Source: Actinomycetota bacterium
GTDB taxonomy: Bacteria; Actinomycetota; UBA4738; HRBIN12
DNA: 45,976 nt
Assembly: GCA_046723385.1 (NCBI GenBank)
Contig: JBKOUM010000138.1
Span: forward strand, 1 to 45,976
Direction of reading: 5' to 3'
Numbering within the stretch: position 1 is the first letter of the stretch; each line of letters starts with the position of its first letter. A program made the position numbers and the translations under genes. Under the pieces are notes generated by a model. The model ran no database searches. It saw only the letters and a list, made by a program, of their open reading frames with translations, and was not told the origin of the DNA. This document shows, piece after piece, positions 26,505 to 34,939 of this stretch.

Positions 26505-27674
26505 ATGAAGATCGATCTGACGGGCGCCGACGTCGTCGACGCGCACTGCCATCCGTTCCGGACCCAGGACCTGCTGGACCGGGACCCGAAGTCGTTCGAG
26601 ACCCGGTGCATGTTCCTCGGCACGGCGTTGATCTCGTCGGGTCACGCGATCCACGACCTGGCGGCGTTCGCGGAGGAGTTGACGGAGACCACGATGTTCG
26701 GTCTCGCGCTCCGGCGGTGGCTGGCCGCCTACCTCGGGTGTGAGCCGACCAAGGACGCGGTGGTCGCGGCGCGGGACGCCGCGCTCCGGGCGGATCCGCC
26801 GGGCTACGTCCGCGGCCTCCTGGAGTCGGAGCGGGTGGTCGCGGTCGTCGCGGACGAGGGCTACCCGCAGCCCACGATCCCGCGGGCGGACTTCGAAGAC
26901 GCGCTGGGTGGGATCCCCGTGCATCGGGTGGGACGGATCGAACCGTGGATCGTCGAGGCCCGCGAGCGGGGGAGCTTCGACGACGTGGTGGGGACGTTCG
27001 AGTCGCTCGCCCACGAGGCAGGCAACGACCCGCGGTTGATCGGCTTCAAGACGATCATCGCGTACCGCACGGGACTCGACATCACCGACCCGTCGTCATC
27101 GGACGCGGCCCCGGCGCTCGAGCGCTGGCGCGCGGACGGGTGGCGCGAGAGCCGCGAGCACGCGAAGCCGGTCCGCGACTTCCTGCTGCGGCGCTCGTTC
27201 GCGATCGCGAAGGAACATGACCGCGTGTTCCACGTGCACGTCGGCGCGGGCGACCCCGACGTGAACCTGACGCACGCCCGCCCGCAAGATGCGTTCGCGT
27301 TCTTCGTGGAGCACCAGGACATCCCGATCGTGATGATCCACTCCGGGTGGCCGTGGGTCGCGGAGGCCACCTACATCGGCACGGTGCTCCCCAACATCTA
27401 CCTGGACGTCTCGGAGCTGGTCCCGTGGGGATGGGGGCAGATCGACTGGTCGCTCGAGATGATCCTCGGCGCGGTCCCGAGCGCGAAGGTCCTGCACGGG
27501 TGCGATGAGTCCTCCGAGCCCGAGATGTTCCCCGTGTCGGCGAGGCTGGTCCGCGAGGCGCTCGAACGCGTCTTGGGAGCTTTCGTCGACCGCGACTTCC
27601 TCTCGGTCGAGGCCGCGGGCTCGATCGGACGAGGCGTGCTGGCCGACAACGTCCGGCGACTGCACGGCATCTGA
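26505..27674 (+). CDS. amidohydrolase-family (amidohydrolase_2 type) protein
   Basis: N-terminal metal motif VVDAHCHPF, later HVHVGAG and IVMIHSGWPW. 389 aa. Confidence 0.8.
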   Translation: MKIDLTGADVVDAHCHPFRTQDLLDRDPKSFETRCMFLGTALISSGHAIHDLAAFAEELTETTMFGLALRRWLAAYLGCEPTKDAVVAARDAALRADPPGYVRGLLESERVVAVVADEGYPQPTIPRADFEDALGGIPVHRVGRIEPWIVEARERGSFDDVVGTFESLAHEAGNDPRLIGFKTIIAYRTGLDITDPSSSDAAPALERWRADGWRESREHAKPVRDFLLRRSFAIAKEHDRVFHVHVGAGDPDVNLTHARPQDAFAFFVEHQDIPIVMIHSGWPWVAEATYIGTVLPNIYLDVSELVPWGWGQIDWSLEMILGAVPSAKVLHGCDESSEPEMFPVSARLVREALERVLGAFVDRDFLSVEAAGSIGRGVLADNVRRLHGI

Positions 27675-29308
27675 TGGCCGATCCCTACGACGCGATCGTC
27701 GTCGGCGGCGGTCACAACGGGCTCGTCGCCGGGGCCTACCTGGCGCGCGCCGGTGCGCGCACCGTCGTGCTGGAGGCGCGTCCCAAGGTCGGCGGGGCGG
27801 TGGACACCAGCGCGCCGTTCCCGGATCACCCGGAGATCAAGGTGTCGACCTACTCGTACGTGATGTCGTTGATGCCCGCGTTCATCGTCAGCGATCTCCG
27901 CCTGGAGGATCACGGGTACAGGGTCACGCCGTTCGGGCCCTACTACCAGGCGTTCCCCGACGGGCGGTCGATCACGATCTACGGCGATCAGCCCGCCAAG
28001 ACCCATGCCTCGATCGCCCAGTTCTCCGCGAAGGACGCCGAGGCCCTTCCCGAGTACGAAGCGTGGATCCACGGGGTCACGGAGGTCGTGGCGCCGTTGC
28101 TGCACCAGGTCCCACCGAACGTGGGCTCGATGAAGCTCGGCGATCTCCTCGCGCAGACGAAGGCGGTGTGGTCGATGCGCCGTCTGGGATCCCGTGGCGT
28201 GGCCGATGCGACACGGCTGTTCACGATGAGCCTGTCGGAGCTGCTGGACCGCTGGTTCGAGTCCGAGCAGATGAAGACGATCATGATGGTCGACGGCTTG
28301 ATCGGGCAGTGGTGCGGGCCCGACGAGCCCGGGAGCGCCTACGTCTTGCTCCATCACGCGATCGGCAGCGTAGGCGGGCAGAGCCACACGGTGAACTGGG
28401 GCTACCCCCAGGGTGGGATGGGCGCGGTCGCGGACTCGATCGGGGGAGCGGCCGCGTCGTTCGGATGTCAGATCCGCACCGATTCGCGGGTCGAGCGGAT
28501 CCTGGTCGAAGGCGGCCGTGTCACCGGTGTGGCGCTGGATTCCGGTGAGGAGCTCCGCGCGCCGACCGTCGTCAGCTGCGTCCATCCCCAGATCGCGTTC
28601 CTCCGGCTGCTCGAGCGGAGCGAGCTCCCCGAGGACTTCGTGTTCGATATCGAGCGCTGGAAGACGCGATCGGGCGTCGTGAAGATCAACGTAGCGATGC
28701 GCGAGCTCCCGAGCTTCACCGCCGATCCGGGGACCGACGTGCAGGCCCACCACACGGGATCCGTCGAGCTATGCCTCTCCCGTGAGTACGCCGAGCGAGC
28801 GTTCCAGGACGCCCACCTGGAGCATCGCGCGGCCGCCGCGCCCTTCGTAGACGGTGCGATCCCCACGACGATGGACCGAGAGCTGGCGCCCGAAGGCGTG
28901 CACGTGTTCTCGATGTTCAGCCAATGGGTGCCGCACGAGTGGAGCGAAGAGCCGCATCGGGACGAGCTCGACGCGTACGCAGACCGCGCGATCGAGCTGT
29001 ACACGGAGCTGGCACCCAACTTCCGGGATGCGGTGATCGACCGGCAGGTGATCGGTCCGTACGACATGGAACAGCAGCTCGGGTTGATCGGGGGGAACAT
29101 CTTCCACGGCGAGCTGACGGTCGACCAGCTCTTCCACATGCGGCCCTCACCGGGCTACGCGGACTACCGGACGCCGATCAGAGGTCTCTACCACGGGTCA
29201 TCCGCCACGCATGCGGGCGGCGGGGTCAGTGGCCTGCCGGGGTGGCAGGCCTTCCGCGCGGCGCGGGCCGATCGACGCGGACGGCGATCGTCGCGAGGCT
29301 CGAGGTGA
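27674..29308 (+). CDS. NAD(P)/FAD-dependent oxidoreductase, phytoene-desaturase (CrtI) family
   Basis: TGATG stop/start overlap. Dinucleotide fold YDAIVVGGGHNGLVAGAYLARAGARTVVLEAR. C-terminal GLYHGSSATHAGGGVSG. Confidence 0.9.
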   Translation: MADPYDAIVVGGGHNGLVAGAYLARAGARTVVLEARPKVGGAVDTSAPFPDHPEIKVSTYSYVMSLMPAFIVSDLRLEDHGYRVTPFGPYYQAFPDGRSITIYGDQPAKTHASIAQFSAKDAEALPEYEAWIHGVTEVVAPLLHQVPPNVGSMKLGDLLAQTKAVWSMRRLGSRGVADATRLFTMSLSELLDRWFESEQMKTIMMVDGLIGQWCGPDEPGSAYVLLHHAIGSVGGQSHTVNWGYPQGGMGAVADSIGGAAASFGCQIRTDSRVERILVEGGRVTGVALDSGEELRAPTVVSCVHPQIAFLRLLERSELPEDFVFDIERWKTRSGVVKINVAMRELPSFTADPGTDVQAHHTGSVELCLSREYAERAFQDAHLEHRAAAAPFVDGAIPTTMDRELAPEGVHVFSMFSQWVPHEWSEEPHRDELDAYADRAIELYTELAPNFRDAVIDRQVIGPYDMEQQLGLIGGNIFHGELTVDQLFHMRPSPGYADYRTPIRGLYHGSSATHAGGGVSGLPGWQAFRAARADRRGRRSSRGSR

Positions 29309-29326
29309 ACGCGCGGGCGGCGGACC

Positions 29327-29602
29327 TCAGGTCGGCCACTCCGGCTTCGGGTCCGGCTCGCCGGCAAGGAGGTCGTCCAACGACCGCTCGGGCCCGCGCT
29401 CGGCGTCCGCGAGCCGCTCCGCCAGATCCGGCCCGGGATCGTCGGCCGCCTCGAGCATCTCCTCGAGCGACCTCCCGGCGCTGCCCCTGAGCCGGATGCG
29501 CAGCGCCGCCAAGACGGCCTCGTGATCCTCGGACAGCCCCTGGTTCACCTTGATCTGGGTCAGGGCTTCCTCCGCCCGGGCGAGGAGCTCTTCGTCGCCC
29601 AC
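29327..29602 (-). CDS. small acidic hypothetical protein (91 aa)
   Basis: GTG at 29602, 5 nt after the upstream stop. Strongly acidic and helical (VGDEELLARAEEALTQIKVNQGLSEDHEAVLAAL...). No recognisable domain. Confidence 0.45.
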   Translation of the reverse strand: MGDEELLARAEEALTQIKVNQGLSEDHEAVLAALRIRLRGSAGRSLEEMLEAADDPGPDLAERLADAERGPERSLDDLLAGEPDPKPEWPT

Positions 29603-29607
29603 CTGGT

Positions 29608-29976
29608 TCAGCTCGCCGCGCCGAACCGCTGCCGGAGGAAGCGCAGACGGCTCCGGCCGGTCTCCGTGAGCCGCGTCTTGAAACCGGGCGCCGGCTTCAC
29701 GAGCTGGTGGTAGAACCCGGCCATCCCTCGGCGGCTGTACGCGTGCTCCTCGCCGATCTCCAGGAACCGCTGCCGCGACACCTCGCCGCCGGCGGCATCG
29801 AGGTCCTCCAGCACGCCGAACATCATCTTGGCCCATCGATCGTTGCCGCCGTGATCCATGCCGAGGTCCAGGCGTGCGCTCCTCGCCTCGTCCGCAGCCG
29901 CTCGCAGGAGCCGCTCGATCCGCTCCAGACGGCGCTCGGCATCCAACAGCTGCATGTTCTGCGTCCGGTCCTGCAT
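29608..29976 (-). CDS. hypothetical protein (122 aa), coiled N-terminus, possible winged-helix-like C-terminus
   Basis: ATG at 29976 is preceded by AAGGAGG with a 6-nt spacer. MQDRTQNMQLLDAERRLERIERLL...RQRFLEIGEEHAYSRRGMAGFYHQLVKP. Confidence 0.6.
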   Translation of the reverse strand: MQDRTQNMQLLDAERRLERIERLLRAAADEARSARLDLGMDHGGNDRWAKMMFGVLEDLDAAGGEVSRQRFLEIGEEHAYSRRGMAGFYHQLVKPAPGFKTRLTETGRSRLRFLRQRFGAAS

Positions 29977-30087
29977 CCGGCACCTCCTTGCCTCCATCCA
30001 ATCCGTCCGATGCGCGAACGGCAAGGCCGCCGGTTCGAGCGGGCCGTGGCGGGATAGGCCGCCGATCCGACAGAACGCGCCGAATGG

Positions 30088-30630
30088 GTGATGCGTCCGG
30101 CGGCGCCGCGGTCCAAGCTCTGTCCCGTGGAAAGGAGAGGTTCCACGGAGCACGGTCGGCTGGTCTTGATCGTGGACGACGATGCGGACATCGCGCGGTT
30201 CGTCCAGGTGAACCTTCGGTCGGACGGCTACCGATGCATGATCGCGGGCGACGGCGTCGAGGCGTTGTCGCTCTTGGCGCGCGAGCGGTTCGACGCGGTG
30301 CTGACCGGCGTGATGATGCCGCGCGTGGACGGGTTCGAGCTGGTGCGAACGGTCCGCGCGGATCCGTGCACCGTCGATCTGCCGATCGCGATCGTTTCGG
30401 CCCGGAGCAAGATGGCCGACAAGCGGACGGCCCTCGAGCTCGGCGCCGACGACTATCTGATCAAGCCGTTCGATCCCGCCGAGCTCCTCCGGCACGTCGC
30501 GGTCCTGCTTCCGCTGCCGCGAGAAGGGACGCGCCGCGATCCAGGCTTCGATCCCTCAGTGGCGAACGACGAGCGGATCACCGCGTACCTCGATGCGATC
30601 TGCGTCGCGGCGGGATGCCGGACCGCGTGA
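30088..30630 (+). CDS. stand-alone receiver-domain protein lacking the phospho-acceptor Asp (pseudo-receiver)
   Basis: LVLIVDDDADIARF, FDAVLTGVMMPRVDG (Gly at the acceptor position), IAIVSARS and DDYLIKPF. The start is uncertain (ATG 30088, GTG 30127 or TTG 30166). Confidence 0.8.
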   Translation: MMRPAAPRSKLCPVERRGSTEHGRLVLIVDDDADIARFVQVNLRSDGYRCMIAGDGVEALSLLARERFDAVLTGVMMPRVDGFELVRTVRADPCTVDLPIAIVSARSKMADKRTALELGADDYLIKPFDPAELLRHVAVLLPLPREGTRRDPGFDPSVANDERITAYLDAICVAAGCRTA

Positions 30631-30674
30631 TGCTCTTCGGGGCGTCGTAGCATCCCCGGGGAGGTGAGTCGCCC

Positions 30675-30860
30675 ATGTCCGATGGCTTCGATGTCCAGCT
30701 CGACGCGGCGGAGGCTGCGGCCGTCGCCCGGCGCATGATCGCCACGAAGATCGCCGAGCTGACCCCCGAGGTCGCCGACGCCGATGCGGCGAAGGTCATC
30801 GCGCACCTGGCCGAGGCGTACGCGCAGCTCGCATCCGAGCCACCGAGGGTTCGCGCCTGA
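30675..30860 (+). CDS. small Ala-rich helical hypothetical protein (61 aa)
   Basis: GGGGAGGTGA lies 7 nt upstream of the ATG. Coding-like composition. It sits between the receiver and methyltransferase genes. Confidence 0.4.
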   Translation: MSDGFDVQLDAAEAAAVARRMIATKIAELTPEVADADAAKVIAHLAEAYAQLASEPPRVRA

Positions 30861-30876
30861 CCCGGCGGGACTTCGC

Positions 30877-31614
30877 GTGACCGATCTCGGTCCGGGTGGA
30901 TCCTCGCGCACGAGGGCGGATTGGCTCTTCGAGCTCCGTCGTGAGAACGAGCGCCAGGAGGATGCCCTCGAGACCTTGGATGCGTACTGGACGGAGACCG
31001 ACGACGCGCATCGGTCGTCCGTCGATCGATTCCTCTCGATGCTGCCGGTCGGCGGAACCGTGCTCGACGCGGCGTGCGGCATCGGCAGGTACGTCGGCAC
31101 CGTCCTGGCGAGCGGCCGATCGGTGACCGCGGTCGACGCTTCCACGCGACATCTCGAGGCGGTCCGAACGAGCTTCTCGAGCGCGACCACGGAGAAGTTC
31201 GACCTGCAGGACCTTCCGTATCGCGATCGCTTCGACGGCGTGATGTGCGTGGATGCGATGGAGTTCGTTCCCGCGGAGGACTGGCCGCGAGTGCTGGCTC
31301 GGTTCCGCGACGCGTTGCACCGGGAGGGCTGGCTCTACCTCACGGTTGAGCTGATGTGGGCAGAGCAGATCCGTTCGTCGAACGAGGAGGCTCGCCAAGC
31401 AGGGCTCCCGGTCGTCGACGGAGAGGTGATGTGGGAGATGACGGATCGGTCACCCGGCTACTACCACTTCTATCCGGGTCTCGAGCAGGTGCGCGGGTGG
31501 ATGACCGCGGCGGGGTTCCGGATCGTCGATGAGATCGAGGGCCCGTGGGTCGACGGCGAGTACGCCTACCACCACGTGCTGGCGCGGACATCGAGCGAGG
31601 TGGAAGAGCCGTGA
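30877..31614 (+). CDS. class I SAM-dependent methyltransferase
   Basis: GTG at 30877. Motif I VLDAACGIGRY and post-I VTAVDAS. Confidence 0.8.
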   Translation: MTDLGPGGSSRTRADWLFELRRENERQEDALETLDAYWTETDDAHRSSVDRFLSMLPVGGTVLDAACGIGRYVGTVLASGRSVTAVDASTRHLEAVRTSFSSATTEKFDLQDLPYRDRFDGVMCVDAMEFVPAEDWPRVLARFRDALHREGWLYLTVELMWAEQIRSSNEEARQAGLPVVDGEVMWEMTDRSPGYYHFYPGLEQVRGWMTAAGFRIVDEIEGPWVDGEYAYHHVLARTSSEVEEP

Positions 31615-32630
31615 GGGCGGTCGTCTATCGCGAGACGGGTGACCCCGACGTCCTGACGCTCGTGGAGCGTCCCGAACCCGAACCGGCGCCCGGCGAGGTC
31701 CTCGTCCGCGTTGCGGTGTCGGGTGTCAACCCGACCGACTGGAAGGCGCGCCGGGGCGACGCTCCCGGACAGCCGCTCGCGTTCCCCGAGGTCGTCCCCA
31801 ACATGGACGGGGCCGGCACCATCGTGGCGGTGGGAGAGGGCGTCGGGCCGGGTCGCGTCGGCGAACGCGTCTGGCTGTGGGAGGTCGCGAGGCGCCGCGC
31901 GAACGGCAGCGCGCAGGAGCTCGTCGCCCTCCCGGCCGCCCAGGCCGTCCCGTTGCCGGAGGGCGGCTCCTTCGACCTGGGTGCGAGCATCGGCATCCCG
32001 GCGCTCACGGCGCATCGGTGCCTCTCGGTTGGGGTCGACGCGCCGGCCTCGCTCGGTCCGGGTGCGCTCGAGGGACGGACCGTCCTCGTCGCGGGTGGGG
32101 CCGGTGCGGTCGGCCACGCCGCGATCGAGCTCGCCGTGTGGTCCGGCGCCACCGTGATCGCGACGGTCAGCACGCCGGACAAAGGGGCGCTCGCATCGGC
32201 CGCCGGCGCCCACCACGTCGTGAACTACCGGGAGGCGGGTGCGGACGATGCGATCCGTGCGGCCGCAACGGACGGGGTCTATCTCATCGTCGAGGTCGCC
32301 CCGGTCGAGAACGCCGCGCTCGACACGGCGGTGATCGGCCCGAACGGGACCGTCGCGATCTACGCGAGCGAACCCGACGAGTTCCGGGTCGACATCGGGA
32401 CGGCGATGACCGCCAACACCCGCTACCAGTTCATGCTCGTGTACACGATGCCGGCCGCGGCCAAGCAGCAGGCGATCCGGGACGTGAACGACGCGGTGTC
32501 CGCCGGAGCCCTCCGCGTCGGCGAGCAGGCCGGCCTGCCGCTGCACCGGTTCCTGTTGGAGGAGACCGCGGACGCGCATGCCGCCGTCGAGCGCAACACG
32601 GTGGGCAAGGTCCTCATCGATGTCGGTTGA
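31611..32630 (+). CDS. NADPH:quinone reductase-like medium-chain dehydrogenase/reductase
   Basis: GTGA overlap with the upstream stop. GEVLVRVAVSGVNPTDWKAR and Rossmann VLVAGGAGAVGHAAIELA. Confidence 0.85.
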   Translation: MRAVVYRETGDPDVLTLVERPEPEPAPGEVLVRVAVSGVNPTDWKARRGDAPGQPLAFPEVVPNMDGAGTIVAVGEGVGPGRVGERVWLWEVARRRANGSAQELVALPAAQAVPLPEGGSFDLGASIGIPALTAHRCLSVGVDAPASLGPGALEGRTVLVAGGAGAVGHAAIELAVWSGATVIATVSTPDKGALASAAGAHHVVNYREAGADDAIRAAATDGVYLIVEVAPVENAALDTAVIGPNGTVAIYASEPDEFRVDIGTAMTANTRYQFMLVYTMPAAAKQQAIRDVNDAVSAGALRVGEQAGLPLHRFLLEETADAHAAVERNTVGKVLIDVG

Positions 32631-32714
32631 CGCCGACGATCTTCGTGACACGTTGCTCCGGAGTGAAGCGACGTCGTTGGGCTCCATCCGATAGGTTGCC
32701 GCGAACCCCCCCGG

Positions 32715-33875
32715 ATGACCGTGCTCGATCACGCTGCCGCCCCCGCTCGCCGGATCGGCCGCGCACTCGCGGCCGTTGGCCTGATGCTCGCGCTCGCGAC
32801 GTCGTCGACGAGCGGCTCGACCGCGTCGCCTCGGTCGAGGCTCGATGCCGCCAACGACCGACTGGCGGGATTGACGGAGAGGATCGCGTCTCAGCAGTCG
32901 CAGGCGCGCTCCCTCCAAGATCGCCTGTCCCAGCTGGACGCCCGGATCACGGACGTGTCGAGCCGCGTCGCGGGGATCGACGCGGAGCTCGCGACGACGA
33001 GGCACCAGCTGATCGTCGCGGCCGGGCAGGTACGGAAGCTGCAGACGCAGCTCGACGCGATGGCCCGCGGCCTCTTCATGCAGGGTGCGGGAAGCGTGCA
33101 GGCTTCGATGCTTGGCCAGTTCCTCGGTTCGTCCTCGATCGGCGATCTCGGTGATCTCCTCGTGTACGGACAAGCGGTGGGACGGTCCGACGTCGATCTC
33201 GCGGATCGGGTCGCGAACCTCAGGGTCGAGCTCACGCGCAAGGCCGCGGACCTCGATCGGCTCCGGCTGGAACAGACGCAGTTGCTGGCGCAGCTCGTGG
33301 CCGAACGTCAGACGCAGGCGCGGACGATCGCCGAGCAACGCGCGGTGCTGACCGACCTCGAGCGCACGAAGGACAAGACCGTCACCCTGATCGCGAGCCT
33401 CCACGCGCGGATCCGGTCGCAAGCGCTGGCGACGGTCGGGGCCGTGTTCCAGGGCGGCAGCCACATCTCGTACGGCGCGTGGGCCGGGTCGTTCCTGCGG
33501 ACGATCGGCGCGCCGTCGTGCCGCTCGAACCTGGTCGCGCTCGTGGCGTGGCAGTACTCGGAGTTCACGCAGGCGGCGTGGAACCCGCTGGCCGACACGC
33601 TGCCGATGCCGGGCTCGACCGATTTCAACTCGGTCGGCGTGCAGGACTACGTCTCCCTCGACCAAGGGCTGCAGGCCGTGCGTCATACGCTCACGAACGG
33701 TCCGACGCTCGGGTATCCCGCCATCGTCTCCGCGCTCCGAGCCTGTGCCGACGCGATGACCACGGCACGCTCGATCAACGCATCGGCGTGGTGCCGGGGG
33801 TGCGCCGGCGGTCAGTACGTCACCGGCGTGATCGCCAAGATCGCGGGGAACTACGACCTGTACGCGCGCCTCTGA
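32715..33875 (+). CDS. secreted coiled-coil protein with an uncharacterised Cys-containing C-terminal domain
   Basis: Leader RRIGRALAAVGLMLALATSS. About 200 aa of heptad-like coiled coil (LQDRLSQLDARITDVSSRVAGIDAELATTRHQL...). About 150-aa globular tail with 4 Cys. Confidence 0.7.
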   Translation: MTVLDHAAAPARRIGRALAAVGLMLALATSSTSGSTASPRSRLDAANDRLAGLTERIASQQSQARSLQDRLSQLDARITDVSSRVAGIDAELATTRHQLIVAAGQVRKLQTQLDAMARGLFMQGAGSVQASMLGQFLGSSSIGDLGDLLVYGQAVGRSDVDLADRVANLRVELTRKAADLDRLRLEQTQLLAQLVAERQTQARTIAEQRAVLTDLERTKDKTVTLIASLHARIRSQALATVGAVFQGGSHISYGAWAGSFLRTIGAPSCRSNLVALVAWQYSEFTQAAWNPLADTLPMPGSTDFNSVGVQDYVSLDQGLQAVRHTLTNGPTLGYPAIVSALRACADAMTTARSINASAWCRGCAGGQYVTGVIAKIAGNYDLYARL

Positions 33876-33923
33876 GCGCCGGCGGCGCGACCCGACGATC
33901 GGGAGCGTCGTAGCCTTGGCGTC

Positions 33924-34205
33924 GTGTGGACCATCGAGGCGTCCGAGGACGGAACCGGGGGCCGGTTCACGGTGACGATCCACGAGGGCGACGGATCTCC
34001 GAGCGAGCACCAGATCGGGGCTCCCGACGCCGACTGGGAACGGTTCGGTGGCGGGTTCGAGACCCGCGCGGAGCTCGTCGAGGCGAGCGTGCGCTTCCTC
34101 CTCGAGCGGGAACCGAAGGAGTCCATCCTTCAGTCGTTCGACCTCCGGGACATCGCTCGATACTTCCCCGAGTACGAGGAGACGTTCTCGCGGAGGAGCT
34201 CGTGA
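33924..34205 (+). CDS. hypothetical protein (93 aa)
   Basis: Acidic with good coding composition. Its stop overlaps the downstream GTG (GTGA), which suggests translational coupling with the DinB gene. Confidence 0.5.
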   Translation: MWTIEASEDGTGGRFTVTIHEGDGSPSEHQIGAPDADWERFGGGFETRAELVEASVRFLLEREPKESILQSFDLRDIARYFPEYEETFSRRSS

Positions 34206-34900
34206 CCGAGGGGCAGGGCCATGAAGCGGGTCCGACCGCTGAGCTCGCGCGGCTGCACCGAGTCGAGGCGGCCGCGAGGGACCTCCTGAACCGAGCGCAG
34301 GGTCGGCGATCCGCGACGCAGATGTTGGAGGGGATGGCCGGGCTCCGAGCGGCGCTCGACGAGAGACGGCACGATGACATCCCGGTCGGCGCGCACACCT
34401 TGATGGACGAGGCGTTCGGTCATCACGTCTGGGCAACGACGCGGCTGATCGACGCGTGCCTCGAGCTCAGCCCGGGACAGCTCGAGACCGCGCTGCCCGG
34501 CACCTACGGCTCGATCCTGGAGACGATGCGGCACCTGGTCGGCTCGGACGCCTGGTACCTCTTCGACATCACGGGCGACCGCGACCGGCGGATCGAGACG
34601 GAGAGCATGGATCTCACCGCGCTCAGGGCCGAGATGGAGGCCGACGGCGCGTCGTGGTCCCGGTTCCTGGCGGAGGACCCCGCTCCGGGCGCCGTCCTGC
34701 ACGAGGTGGACGAGAGCGACGGGTTCGAGCGGGAGGCGACGATCGGGATCCGCCTGGCGCAGGCGCTGCATCACGGGACGGATCACCGGAGCCAGATCTG
34801 CACCGCGCTCACCTCGCTCGGGATCGAACCGCCGGGGATCGATGCCTGGACCTTCGGCCTGACGGACGGGAGCGTTGCCGAGACCTATCCGACGATCTGA
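34202..34900 (+). CDS. DinB-family protein
   Basis: FGHHVWATTRLIDACLELSPGQL, ILETMRHLVGSDAWY and IRLAQALHHGTDHRSQI give the His triad pattern of the DinB fold. The start may be further downstream. Confidence 0.75.
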   Translation: MTEGQGHEAGPTAELARLHRVEAAARDLLNRAQGRRSATQMLEGMAGLRAALDERRHDDIPVGAHTLMDEAFGHHVWATTRLIDACLELSPGQLETALPGTYGSILETMRHLVGSDAWYLFDITGDRDRRIETESMDLTALRAEMEADGASWSRFLAEDPAPGAVLHEVDESDGFEREATIGIRLAQALHHGTDHRSQICTALTSLGIEPPGIDAWTFGLTDGSVAETYPTI

Positions 34901-34939
34901 GCGAGCGTGGGAGGGGAGCCGACCCGCACGAGCCGGGGT

